DNA of 60,468 nucleotides from a virus. Its lineage: Duplodnaviria > Caudoviricetes. Positions within the stretch are counted from its first letter, which is position 1, and each line of letters starts with the position of its first letter. Positions 36,936-46,492 of this stretch are shown in pieces. The notes beneath the pieces were generated by a model. That model saw nothing but the letters and a program-made list of their open reading frames with translations, made no database searches and was not told the DNA's origin. The translations under genes were made by a program, and so were the position numbers. The stretch is from positions 1-60,468 of the IMG/VR virus record IMGVR_UViG_3300046786_000249. One strand, written 5' to 3'.

Positions 36936-36946
36936 GTGACTTCCTT

Positions 36947-37297
36947 TTAGTTAACGATTGGTGCGGCGATCGAGCGGACCTCAACGCCAGCGGGAACACT
37001 CTCCGGATCGATGATGTCTCCATCTTTCGTCCGGAGTGCGTGGATGCAGTAGGCGACCGTATTGTCGACCAGGGCCACCATTTCGTGGTTCTTGTCGGCT
37101 CGGATGTAGATCATCTGAGGTGCGTTGAAAACGCTCTCGACGCCGTCTACCGTGACCTTCAGGCTTCCGGATGAGAGAAGCGTCAGATGGTCGAACTGAT
37201 GGGTGTGGCCGTACTCAATGTCGCCAGCCTTCTTGAAGTGCATCATGCGGCTGTACAGGTTGGCGACGCAGCCGATCTTTACTTCTGGTGTGCTCAT
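36947..37297 (-). CDS. Cupin-fold protein
   Basis: GHTHQFDHLTLLSSG...IYIRADKNH metal-binding cupin motifs. Confidence 0.8.
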   Translation of the reverse strand: MSTPEVKIGCVANLYSRMMHFKKAGDIEYGHTHQFDHLTLLSSGSLKVTVDGVESVFNAPQMIYIRADKNHEMVALVDNTVAYCIHALRTKDGDIIDPESVPAGVEVRSIAAPIVN

Positions 37298-37596
37298 AGG
37301 GTAGCGCTGGGGATGGTTCCGCTGGAGCGAGTCGGAGGAGGATTGGGATGAGGCGCGTGATCGACATCAAGGATCTGGTCTTGCTCGGTGTTGTAGTAGC
37401 AAGATCTCTCAAGCACGTCGTCATCACAGTCAGTCCAGAACAGAGGCGGCGCGACATCAAAGGATGTCTCGACAACGTCCGCAACTCTCGCGGAGCCGGG
37501 TATCGTCTCAAAGACTGGAATCCAGGATCCATCGACCTGTTCCCATGAGACAACCTGGCTTACCGGCTCAATGGGAGAAATCAGAGCTCTTTTCAT
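37294..37596 (-). CDS. Tail fibre assembly/chaperone-like protein
   Basis: RVADV...FDVAPPLFWTDCDDD; directly after the fibre gene. Confidence 0.65.
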   Translation of the reverse strand: MKRALISPIEPVSQVVSWEQVDGSWIPVFETIPGSARVADVVETSFDVAPPLFWTDCDDDVLERSCYYNTEQDQILDVDHAPHPNPPPTRSSGTIPSATL

Positions 37597-37605
37597 CTAC
37601 GTTCC

Positions 37606-40600
37606 TTACCACTCAATAATCATTCCGCCAGCGCCGCCGCCACCGGCTCCGTAGGCGACTCCATAGCCATCCGTGCCATAGACTCCGCCAGCCCCTCCAG
37701 CGGCTCCTCCAGAGACGCTCCCGCCGGCTCCGCCGTTTGAGGTTGTTGGAGATGAGCCGCCATTGTTCCCTTTGGCGCCATAGATGGAGTTGCCACCAGC
37801 GGTTCCAGCAGAGCCGCCTCCGCCGTGCATTCCGCCGCCGCCAGCACCCACAAATGAATACGAGGTCGCGCCATCTGCGCCGCCCCACAGGCTCAGGTTT
37901 CCGGCCGTGGCCTTGATGCTTGCGATCAAAGTGCCCGTCGTCGTGAAGCTACCCATCGTCGGGGACACGGTGTTCCACACGCTTCCCAGGCCGCCGGTTG
38001 CGGTAACCAGAGATCCGAAGGAAGTCGTGCCGCCCGCCAAAGATCCGCCGGTCCAACCAGCTCCGCGGCCACCGGCGCCGATCGTGACGGTGTAGCTGGT
38101 TCCTGGGGTGACCGTAACGATGGCAATGCCTGCGCCGCCAGAACCACCAGCCCATCCGTAAGCTGAAGCGCCGCCGCCACCACCGCCAAACGCAGTGATG
38201 CGCAGCTTGGTAATGCCAGCCGGAACAGTGAACGTGCCGGAGGCGTTGAAGATCTGAATATTTCCTTTTGCTCCGGTGTCTGCGCCCGCGTAGCTGCTGA
38301 TGTTCCCTGCGTGGAGGACTTGATTACCCCCAACAGTCATGTTGCCGATGACGCGGAAAGTGCCGCCGTTGTCAGTGCCAAGCTCCGGCTCAAACGAGGC
38401 ATTCAAGCCGAAATAGAAGCGCCGGGTGCCTGCCTGGGAGAAGTTGATGTAGCCCCACCCTGTGCCGCTGGATTTGTTCAGCGTCAGGATTCCATCATTG
38501 GTCGAGGCAAGAGTTCCGCCGCTTAATGGCAAGGCGTAGCTGGAGTAGTTGCCAGCGTGGAGGATGGCGTTACCACCAAGCTCCCCGTTTGCGCCGCCAG
38601 TCAGCTTTAGGCCACCCTGTGTCGCGTACCCGCCGCGCCACGTCAGGTAGGTGATGACCTTCGTGCCACCAGCGGCATCTGTCATCAGCGGCGCTTCCAA
38701 TGTAGCGCTACCGGCGTTTACAACAAGGACGCCCTTGTTGTATGTGCCGCTGCCAATGTTGGTGAAGGCGATCGCGGTGCCGGCGTCGGTGGTGATCGTC
38801 CCGTACATCGGACCACCGGTAATGGGCAGGTATTGGCTGTGATTGTGCGCGGCCGGAGCGGCGTAGCTGGTGTAGTTGCCGGAGTGAAGAACAGTGTTCC
38901 AGGCGTTCCACGTACCGTTGTCGCCGTTGCGATTACGGAACGAGAGCGAGGTTCCGCCATAAGAACCATTGAGCTGAAGGTCGTACCCGCTCGACGGGAA
39001 ATGAACAATCGTGCCTGTGTGCGGCGCGTTGTTGGCGTACGTGAACGACGATCGCAGCCAATTTCCGGAGTGGAAATTGTTGGCGTCAGTGCCGGGGGAG
39101 CCAGGCCATCCTGGGTAGCCGTATGGAACGTAGTTGGTGTAGTTGCTGCTGTCGAGAACGGTGGCTTCGGTTCCGCCGCCATAGGTTCCTTTGTGGACGT
39201 AGGCAGTACCACTAGCCCAACGAAGCTTCCAGCCATAACTATTTGCATGCCAACCGACAGTGTTGCCATCGGTTCCAATCATCATCGACACTTGAGTGTT
39301 GCTTGCGTCAAACTCAAGGCCGTTCCATGAGTTTCTTACACCGGCAATACGCCAGGAGCCGTACGATCCATTGTTCGGATAAAAGTGCGCGCCGTTCAGC
39401 GGGCTGTACAAGCCAGAGTAATTGCCGAACTCGATCCACTCGTTGGAGTAGTTGCGGTTGCTGGTCGTCCACCCGGAGCCGTCGATGGTCAGGCGACCAG
39501 TCATCGTGTCGCCGGTCTTCAACACGTAGTTGTGCGTGTGCGATGCGGGGGCGGCCCAGTCGCTGAAGTTTCCAGAGTGCAAGAACTCGCGCCACGAAAG
39601 CCAACCGCCATCAGCGCGGCGACGGAAGAAGGCGCGATCAGATTCGTAGTTGAACGCGAGCTGAGTTCGGCGGTTGTAGTCGTTGCCAAGATTCAGCGTG
39701 CGAATGTTTGGCGACGAAAGAGGCGGCGTTCCAGAAGGAACCGGATCGAACGTGATCGAGCTCTCGCCCCAATCGGAGTCGATGTTTCCGCTGGTTGTGC
39801 CGCGCAGCAAAAGGTAGCTGTGAGTGTGAGACGCAGCAGCAAAGGCTGTGTGCAGCCAGCCGTAACTGTTCGACCAAATCGTCCCGTCTGTCGCGAGAAT
39901 CATCCGACGATCTGAATCGGATGAGCCGCCATAGAACCAGATGTACGGGTATCCGCCGCCGCCGTGGGGATTGGTTGTCCCGTCAGTGCGGAAGATGATG
40001 GAGCGCGAATTTCCGTAGATCTGGAACTGGCTTGCGTCGCTAACCTTTCGCAGCCAGCCGTCAGAGGAGTAGCCGCCAACGCTTGTGGCCGAGCCGGTGA
40101 CGTTGATGCTCCAAGTGCCGGATGCCCCTCCGCCAGTCAGGGTAGGCGAGTAGCTGGTGTAGTTCCCGCTGTGCAGCGACTGGCGAATGTTGGACGACAG
40201 ATCAACCTGCTTTGCCGTCGTTGGCTTGGCGCTGTTGCTTATGCTGGAAACGCGTTGCCGGGGGTAGGTCGCGTAAGCGGAGTACGCGCGGACGTAGAAG
40301 CCTTGCCAGTAGGCCTGCCGAGGAAACCAGAAGCAAAGGTTGCCGTTGTAGTTGATTGCAACCAATCCGGTGATGTTGGTTCCGTTGGAGTACCCGCCAT
40401 GGTTGATGATGGTGTCGGAGTAGATGTACCCCTGGTACTGGATGTCAAACGGAACCTGACTACCGTAGGAGTTGCCGCGAATCTCAAGAACGAACGGATC
40501 GCCGTTTGTGTTGCTGTAATTGATGTCCGTTTGAATCAGCGTGCCATCGACAAAGTCGCGGTCGGAATGAACCCAGCCGTCAGCAACTGCTTTGCTGCTT

Positions 40601-42318
40601 GTGTACAGCTGCCCGCCATTCGACAGGAACATCCGCTCAGTGCTGTCGAACTGGAATGACAGCCCGGTCTCAGCTCCGCGAGCGTTGATGATGTGCGTTG
40701 CGCCATTCGCATCGAGGTCAAGCGAATCCCAGTCAGCGCTGCCGTTCTGAACGCGCAGGATGCCTTGAGCAATGAAGCTGCCGGTGGTCATGTAGTCACC
40801 GGTGCCCCCAGTCTTGCTGGTCAGGCTATCGAACGAATGCGAGTGCGAAATTGGGGCGGCGTAGCTGCTGACGTTGCCCGCATGCAGGATGGCGTTGAAG
40901 TTCCACGTCGGAGCAGCATCGCCCACGTTCGCGCGGAAGTTTGTGGCGCGGAACTGACCCATGATCGGGTCGTAGGTGAAGCTGGCGTCAGACCAAGACG
41001 GGTTGCCGCTGAGGTTGATCAGTACACGACCGCTGGAACCGCTTCCTGGGTTTGGCAGGGCGTAGGAAGAGAAGTTGCCGCTATGCAGCACAGTGCGCCA
41101 TGTCTGGTTGGTCCCATTGACTTTCCTCCGGAACGAAAGAACATCGTCGTGGAAGTCGAGGGCAAGCGTGGCGGAGTAATAGGTCTCCGCATCGCCGTGA
41201 GACATGCGCAGAGCGTAGTGCCAGTTTGTATTTGGGTTCAGCGTGTCATTGCCAGAACTCTGCCAATACTGAAGCGCATTGGCTTTTGAGCCAATATCAG
41301 TCCCAAGCTGCCAGGCGTTGCTGGCGTTCGAGGCGGATGCCGCGCTGCCACTTACATTGATGCCCCACGTACCGGATGCGCCAGAACCAGTCAGCGAAGG
41401 GGAGTAGCTGTTGTAGTTGCCCGCATGCAGAACTTGGTTGCCGCCTTGCTTCAAGGCCACAGGAGCGTTGACAGAGCCGTCTGTCGCAAAGATCAGCGAG
41501 TAGTCGCTGTTGCCGTTCCGGTAGATTCCGAACCCACTCGCGCCAACACCATAGGTTGCCGCGTTCACAGTATCGACAAAGATAAAACGCCAAGAAGCCG
41601 CAGAGCCGGCAGTGAAGTAGGTGTCGATTGGGCCCGAGGTGCTGACGTTAGGATTTCCTGTCAGCGTGCCACCGCTCAGCGGCAGGTAACTGTGGGTGTG
41701 CGAGGCGGCAGCGGCGTAGTTCGTGTAGTTGTTCGCGTTGAGAACGTTGTATCCGTTGTGCGTGAACGTGTTCGCGTCAACTCGTACGCCAATCCAGTTC
41801 TGGTTGTTCTCGCTGTATCCGATCCGAAGCGATTGAACTCCGTTGGTGGTCGGCCGGATGTAGACCGTGGTCCGGTTGCTCTCCATGCCCCAGCCGCGAT
41901 ACCAGGTGTCACCATCTGTTCCGCCGTACGTAGCCTTGAGGCCATCGTTTGCGTTGACGTTGAGAGTTCCGGTCAACGTGCCGCCGCTCAGAGGCAGATA
42001 CCCGGCCCGAGTGTCGGTCTTGAAGTCATCGAGCATTGCCTTGGTGAAGCGCAGCTCAACGCGATCGCCAGCAGCCCAGGCGACACCAGTTGTGCCGTCC
42101 TGGCCGCGAACCACCGTCAGCGTGTCAGCCGACCTGGCGGTGACCTTCATGACCTCCATCGCGCCAGCCGAATTGACCAGCGTGATGTAGAAATAGTCTG
42201 AGCCGCTGGGCGCAGGGAAGAGGGCGCCAGCACCGGAGGCAACCGAAAGGCTGGTCGCCGTCGAAGTGATGGATGCGCTGAGCGTGCTCGATGCGTTGTT
42301 TGAATATAGGACGGCCAT
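37606..42318 (-). CDS. Long modular tail fibre
   Basis: N-terminal anchor (LTVVRGQDGT), repeated YLPLSGGTLTG, LHxGNY and HxH motifs, Gly-rich C-terminal domain. Confidence 0.9.
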   Translation of the reverse strand: MAVLYSNNASSTLSASITSTATSLSVASGAGALFPAPSGSDYFYITLVNSAGAMEVMKVTARSADTLTVVRGQDGTTGVAWAAGDRVELRFTKAMLDDFKTDTRAGYLPLSGGTLTGTLNVNANDGLKATYGGTDGDTWYRGWGMESNRTTVYIRPTTNGVQSLRIGYSENNQNWIGVRVDANTFTHNGYNVLNANNYTNYAAAASHTHSYLPLSGGTLTGNPNVSTSGPIDTYFTAGSAASWRFIFVDTVNAATYGVGASGFGIYRNGNSDYSLIFATDGSVNAPVALKQGGNQVLHAGNYNSYSPSLTGSGASGTWGINVSGSAASASNASNAWQLGTDIGSKANALQYWQSSGNDTLNPNTNWHYALRMSHGDAETYYSATLALDFHDDVLSFRRKVNGTNQTWRTVLHSGNFSSYALPNPGSGSSGRVLINLSGNPSWSDASFTYDPIMGQFRATNFRANVGDAAPTWNFNAILHAGNVSSYAAPISHSHSFDSLTSKTGGTGDYMTTGSFIAQGILRVQNGSADWDSLDLDANGATHIINARGAETGLSFQFDSTERMFLSNGGQLYTSSKAVADGWVHSDRDFVDGTLIQTDINYSNTNGDPFVLEIRGNSYGSQVPFDIQYQGYIYSDTIINHGGYSNGTNITGLVAINYNGNLCFWFPRQAYWQGFYVRAYSAYATYPRQRVSSISNSAKPTTAKQVDLSSNIRQSLHSGNYTSYSPTLTGGGASGTWSINVTGSATSVGGYSSDGWLRKVSDASQFQIYGNSRSIIFRTDGTTNPHGGGGYPYIWFYGGSSDSDRRMILATDGTIWSNSYGWLHTAFAAASHTHSYLLLRGTTSGNIDSDWGESSITFDPVPSGTPPLSSPNIRTLNLGNDYNRRTQLAFNYESDRAFFRRRADGGWLSWREFLHSGNFSDWAAPASHTHNYVLKTGDTMTGRLTIDGSGWTTSNRNYSNEWIEFGNYSGLYSPLNGAHFYPNNGSYGSWRIAGVRNSWNGLEFDASNTQVSMMIGTDGNTVGWHANSYGWKLRWASGTAYVHKGTYGGGTEATVLDSSNYTNYVPYGYPGWPGSPGTDANNFHSGNWLRSSFTYANNAPHTGTIVHFPSSGYDLQLNGSYGGTSLSFRNRNGDNGTWNAWNTVLHSGNYTSYAAPAAHNHSQYLPITGGPMYGTITTDAGTAIAFTNIGSGTYNKGVLVVNAGSATLEAPLMTDAAGGTKVITYLTWRGGYATQGGLKLTGGANGELGGNAILHAGNYSSYALPLSGGTLASTNDGILTLNKSSGTGWGYINFSQAGTRRFYFGLNASFEPELGTDNGGTFRVIGNMTVGGNQVLHAGNISSYAGADTGAKGNIQIFNASGTFTVPAGITKLRITAFGGGGGGASAYGWAGGSGGAGIAIVTVTPGTSYTVTIGAGGRGAGWTGGSLAGGTTSFGSLVTATGGLGSVWNTVSPTMGSFTTTGTLIASIKATAGNLSLWGGADGATSYSFVGAGGGGMHGGGGSAGTAGGNSIYGAKGNNGGSSPTTSNGGAGGSVSGGAAGGAGGVYGTDGYGVAYGAGGGGAGGMIIEW

Positions 42319-43769
42319 TACGCTGCTCTCTTCACTTCAATGCCGATCTCCTGCACATCAACAGCAGTGATCGAGCCGAGTTCTAGTTCTGCGGACACCT
42401 GGATGCCGCGCTCAACAACCGCGCCAACCGCAACAAGTGCAGCGGTCGCAACAGAGGAAGCCTCCTCGATGTCTGCCTCGACAGACACCGACGCGAGAAC
42501 TTCCTGATTGAATCCAACCGCATCCTCTTTCTTGACGACCTGAACACCCGAGTACCGGAACAGGCGACGGAGGTGTGCGTCCACCACGGTGGCAACCGCG
42601 ATCTCGTAGCCCTCGGCGTTCTTGACCAGGAACATGGTCGAGTCCGCGGCGAAGAACGTGTCGGACGTTCCTTCCAGGCCCAGTACCAGCAGCAGCTCGA
42701 CCAGAGACGTCGTGAGCTCGTCGCCAGCGCCAGAGATCGGCTTCTCGATGCTCAAGAGCCCAGAGCCAAAGGTCTCCGGGATCGCGTTGCCTTCCAGGTT
42801 CCTAGTGATGGATGCGCTCGCGGAGATCGCCGCATTGGCGTAGCCCACCGCGAAGATGTTCTTGTCCAGGGCCGCAAGACCGGAGGTCTGGGCCGTGGAG
42901 CTGCCAGAGCCTGCGACGCGCTTCTCGATCGTTGCGGAGCTCGAGGTCGATGCCGAGGCTTCGGCAGACGCGTCAATGATCTTGGTGAGCTCTGCTGGCG
43001 CCGGTTCCACCGTTGCGACGACAGAACCAGCCACTTCCATGTTGACGGTCAGAGCGGCCTCGCCAGCGGTCAGGGCGGTAGCGACACCGCCAACCGCATT
43101 CAGCGGGACGTCGAGCTGCGCCAGGCCGTTCGTGATGGCCGTGGCCACCGCTTCGGAAGAGCAGACCTTGATGGCCGTGGCCTGGCCAACGCTCTCGCCG
43201 GAGGACGCGGCAGTCGATGCCAGGCTGTCGACCTTGCCCAGGTCGGCAGATCCAGACGAAGACACCTGGACTGAGCCAGCCATCTCGACCTGAAATCCAA
43301 ACAGGCCATCAGCAGTTGCCGAGACCTGAGCGTCGCCAGTCACACCGCGATCGATGCTGAACTCGCCACTCAAAGAGGCGGAGCTCGAGATCACTGCGGA
43401 TGCCACGGAGGTCTTGGCCAGAGCTCCGGTTGCGTCATGAACGGCTGCTGCCGTACCGCTAAGGGTAAACCCTAGTGAGGCCATGCCAGATGCGGAAGCA
43501 GATGCCGCCACCGATCCAGAGACCACCATGCCCAGGCCGATGTAGGCGACGGTGGAGATCGTGGTGTCCCCTGCCGCGGCGCAGACCTTGGTCAGGCTCG
43601 CGGAGGCCGAAAAGTTCATGACGCCAGTGATGGCGCCAGCGAGTCCTACGGTCTTGCCGAGTGCGGCGGAGACCGATGCGGTAGCAAATACTGCCGTCTC
43701 GATGAGTCGAGTTTCCCCAGCATCGCCGTTCAGCGTGGCGAAGTTGAGGACCGATCCATTCAGCAGCAC
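42318..43769 (-). CDS. Ala/Ser-rich structural protein
   Basis: LNGSVLNFATLNG start, repetitive beta-strand pattern. Confidence 0.7.
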   Translation of the reverse strand: MLLNGSVLNFATLNGDAGETRLIETAVFATASVSAALGKTVGLAGAITGVMNFSASASLTKVCAAAGDTTISTVAYIGLGMVVSGSVAASASASGMASLGFTLSGTAAAVHDATGALAKTSVASAVISSSASLSGEFSIDRGVTGDAQVSATADGLFGFQVEMAGSVQVSSSGSADLGKVDSLASTAASSGESVGQATAIKVCSSEAVATAITNGLAQLDVPLNAVGGVATALTAGEAALTVNMEVAGSVVATVEPAPAELTKIIDASAEASASTSSSATIEKRVAGSGSSTAQTSGLAALDKNIFAVGYANAAISASASITRNLEGNAIPETFGSGLLSIEKPISGAGDELTTSLVELLLVLGLEGTSDTFFAADSTMFLVKNAEGYEIAVATVVDAHLRRLFRYSGVQVVKKEDAVGFNQEVLASVSVEADIEEASSVATAALVAVGAVVERGIQVSAELELGSITAVDVQEIGIEVKRAA

Positions 43770-43781
43770 CCGCTACCTCGA

Positions 43782-44216
43782 TTACGCGAACGTGATCGAC
43801 AGAGACGCGGCGGGGAAGGTGACCGTGTCAGCCTGGTTGACCGTCTTGGCGATGGTCAGAGCGCCCCAGAACAGCAGGTTGCCACCGGAGGATGCGTCGT
43901 AGATGCCGAAGTGGGTGACCGTGCCCCAGCCAGCGGTGGGCGTGGGGAACGTGATCGCGTTGTTGTTGCTGGTTGCGCCGCTGGTGCCAGACGAGGCAAC
44001 AGACGAACCGGCAGACTGAGTGCCAGCCCAGTTGGCCAGGCTCGAGGTGACGGCCACACGGGCGTACGAGCCACCGGAGACTTCGGTGCCGCCGCCAGAG
44101 TCGCTGGGAGCTGCGGTCAGCAGACCGATGTACAGGGTGCCGGTAGACGGGGCGGTTTGTGCGCGGAAGAGCTGATCGATCAGCTTGTTTTCCAGGTAGT
44201 CGGACATTGCGGACAT
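43782..44216 (-). CDS. Structural (fibre-base-like) protein
   Basis: MSDYLENKL...LYIGL...EVSGGSYARV...WGTVTHFGIYDA...GN. Confidence 0.75.
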   Translation of the reverse strand: MSAMSDYLENKLIDQLFRAQTAPSTGTLYIGLLTAAPSDSGGGTEVSGGSYARVAVTSSLANWAGTQSAGSSVASSGTSGATSNNNAITFPTPTAGWGTVTHFGIYDASSGGNLLFWGALTIAKTVNQADTVTFPAASLSITFA

Positions 44217-44228
44217 GTTGATTCCTTC

Positions 44229-44579
44229 TTAGAACTGTTGACGGACGTTGAACTTGAGGACCTCGTAGACGGTCTGAACCTGTCCGTCGAAGTCGATCTC
44301 AACCTCACCTTCGTAGAGGCCCGGCTCAACATCCAGGGTTCCGTTGGGGAAGTTGAATCTCACAACGCCTCGGTCTCCTGCGACCGTGCCGGGGGGCTCG
44401 ATCAGCTTTTGACAGATGAGCGTTGAGAGAACGGTGGTGCTGCCTGCTGCGCGGAACTTCACGCGCACGATCACGTCAGGGTCAGAGACGTTGATTCGCT
44501 CGCCGGTCTCCGGGTCTGACAGCGTCAGCTTGATGTATGGGAGGGTGTCGCCCTGAACGAGTTTGATTTTTTCAGCCAT
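44229..44579 (-). CDS. BppU-N-like Ig-fold structural protein
   Basis: LVQGDTLP...GLYEGEVEI...QTV. Confidence 0.65.
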   Translation of the reverse strand: MAEKIKLVQGDTLPYIKLTLSDPETGERINVSDPDVIVRVKFRAAGSTTVLSTLICQKLIEPPGTVAGDRGVVRFNFPNGTLDVEPGLYEGEVEIDFDGQVQTVYEVLKFNVRQQF

Positions 44580-44583
44580 GGCC

Positions 44584-44850
44584 TTACCACTTCACTTTGT
44601 CTGCCCAGTAGGCGGCACTCATTTTTCCCTTGGCGATGTTCTCGGCATGACGAGCCTTGAAAGACTCATTGCGAGCGGAGCCATCGGGACTTCCCTTCAC
44701 GCCTTGCTGGCCGAAGCGGATTGTCTTCACCTGGTCACCAACCTTGGCCACGACGACGTGGCTCTTGGTTGGATGACTGGGGGTGGCCTTGGGCCGGTTG
44801 TAGCCAGACACGCCTGCGCGAGCCAGCCGGGGGTCTTGGGTCTTGCTCAT
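44584..44850 (-). CDS. Small basic hypothetical protein
   Basis: KTIRFGQQG...SFKARH...SAAYWA motif. Confidence 0.75.
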   Translation of the reverse strand: MSKTQDPRLARAGVSGYNRPKATPSHPTKSHVVVAKVGDQVKTIRFGQQGVKGSPDGSARNESFKARHAENIAKGKMSAAYWADKVKW

Positions 44851-45500
44851 CAGATCTTCCTCAGCTTCACGCTCAGGTTCGAGCGCGTGTGGCCATGCAG
44901 TGCGCGAGAGCGGGCCACGTTCACGCCCTTGATGAACTCGCTCGCGTGGAATGCGGCCATCTTCTCGTTGGTGTACGGCTTGTCAGCAGCCAGCATCAGA
45001 CGCGAGAGGGCGCCGCTTGCGATCACCTCGGCGTAGTCCTCGAAGATCACGTCTTCGATCGTGGTGGACGCACGGGTGGGCTTCAGAGCCACGCGCATGG
45101 TCAGGCCGTTGGCGTACTTCTTGTCGGGCATGGGCCACAGGGAAACCGAGCGCTCGTCCTTTTGCAGGAACCGGCGAGGCGTGGATGGCGATGCCTCGTA
45201 GCTGCTGTACAGACGGTTGTAGACCGCCGCATCGGCGATCACGTCCGGGCTCAGAGGATCCAGCGGGATGTTGTCCAGCCAGGCCTTGGTGACCTTGGCC
45301 ACCAGGTAGCCGGTCGGCGGCTCGAGGTCGTAGTCCACGACGTTCGCAATCACGGTCACCGGATCGTGGTCTCGGTTCAGGATCAGGCTCTGCTCGCAGA
45401 ACTTGATGCAGGCGTTGCGGACCGCGTTCAGCACAACCGGCGTCGGCGCGCCAGACACCTCGGGCAGGATGTACGGGAAGAAGTCTTGGTAGGTCGCCAT
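44850..45500 (-). CDS. Head-tail adaptor-like protein
   Basis: PEVSGAP...AVRNACIKFC...VALKPT...IASGALSRL. Confidence 0.7.
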   Translation of the reverse strand: MATYQDFFPYILPEVSGAPTPVVLNAVRNACIKFCEQSLILNRDHDPVTVIANVVDYDLEPPTGYLVAKVTKAWLDNIPLDPLSPDVIADAAVYNRLYSSYEASPSTPRRFLQKDERSVSLWPMPDKKYANGLTMRVALKPTRASTTIEDVIFEDYAEVIASGALSRLMLAADKPYTNEKMAAFHASEFIKGVNVARSRALHGHTRSNLSVKLRKI

Positions 45501-46192
45501 CAGACACCGCCCATCTGGATGGCCGCGACATTGGGCGGAGCACCCTTGCGGTTGACCGCAGGAGCGAACGCGTTGTCCTTGTTGGTCTTGATGCCAAGCA
45601 GGCCGTTGAACAAGCTGATGTAGCCAGCGGCGAGCTGCGCGTTGCCCGAGAACTCCATGTCCTTCGAGTAGGCGCGGAACATCGTGAACATCAGAACGTG
45701 CTCGAAGTACACGTCCGTGACCGTCAGGTCATCGTTGACATCGTTAACCAGGACGGGGTTCTTCGAGAAGGTGGCTCGCACTTTGCTGCCAGCCAATGCG
45801 GGAGGGTAGACCTCGTACTTCAGCGGGTTGCGAGGGTCGTACATGAAGTTCTCGATCACGCTGGCCTTGGTGCCTGAGCGCCAGTTGGGCGAGTACGTGT
45901 CGAGCTCGCGGCGATCGATCATGGTGATCGCACGGCCTTCGGAGTTGTCGACCGAAGAGACGTTGCAGATCACGTCCATCAGGCGAAAGCCAAAGGCGGG
46001 AAGAGTCTGCGTGACGCCGTTGACGAGAGTCAGGTCGGTGTCGGTGACACAGGAATCCGGTCGGTGGACAGCAATGAGCTTCTGCGCGTCATTGATCGCG
46101 TCGATCATTTCGGCGTTGGACCAGCGGTAGTTCGCCGAGTCCGTGTCGTTGAGCAGCGTCCTGGCGCGAGAGATTACGTCTGAGACCTTCAT
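45500..46192 (-). CDS. Head-tail adaptor-like protein
   Basis: RARTLLND...RWSNAEMIDAINDAQ...VYPP...RAYSKD. Confidence 0.75.
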   Translation of the reverse strand: MKVSDVISRARTLLNDTDSANYRWSNAEMIDAINDAQKLIAVHRPDSCVTDTDLTLVNGVTQTLPAFGFRLMDVICNVSSVDNSEGRAITMIDRRELDTYSPNWRSGTKASVIENFMYDPRNPLKYEVYPPALAGSKVRATFSKNPVLVNDVNDDLTVTDVYFEHVLMFTMFRAYSKDMEFSGNAQLAAGYISLFNGLLGIKTNKDNAFAPAVNRKGAPPNVAAIQMGGV

Positions 46193-46443
46193 GTTTCACC
46201 CGCAGAAGTTTTGATTCCCTTGCGGGAACCTTTTGAAACCTGTCTGCGAAACGCCTCGATCGCATCCTGAAGTTCAGGGCGTGGCTCGGGAGGCGTGGTC
46301 TCCGCGCTGGCCTTCTCGGTATTCTCGTTGGGGATTTCTGCGCGTTGAGGTGGCTCGTACGGCTCCATATCGGGCCGTTCTGCGAGTCGCTCAGTCCATA
46401 CGTAGATGGTTCCGGTGGTGGTTTGTTTGAGGAGTTTTGGCAT
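46189..46443 (-). CDS. Hypothetical protein
   Basis: 84-aa ORF after the capsid gene. Confidence 0.65.
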   Translation of the reverse strand: MPKLLKQTTTGTIYVWTERLAERPDMEPYEPPQRAEIPNENTEKASAETTPPEPRPELQDAIEAFRRQVSKGSRKGIKTSAGET

Positions 46444-46444
46444 A

Positions 46445-46477
46445 AAAAAAGGGGGAGGGGAGTTACCCCCTCCCCCC
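46445..46477 (-). terminator. Intrinsic terminator after the major capsid gene
   Basis: GGGGGAGGGG/CCCCTCCCCC stem followed by a T7 run on the minus strand. Confidence 0.8.
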
Positions 46478-46492
46478 GTTCTCCGGGAAGGT

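Noticed and set aside
37606-42318. Diversity-generating retroelement or invertible tail-fibre cassette
   Set aside because: No reverse transcriptase, no template/variable repeat pair and no invertase seen
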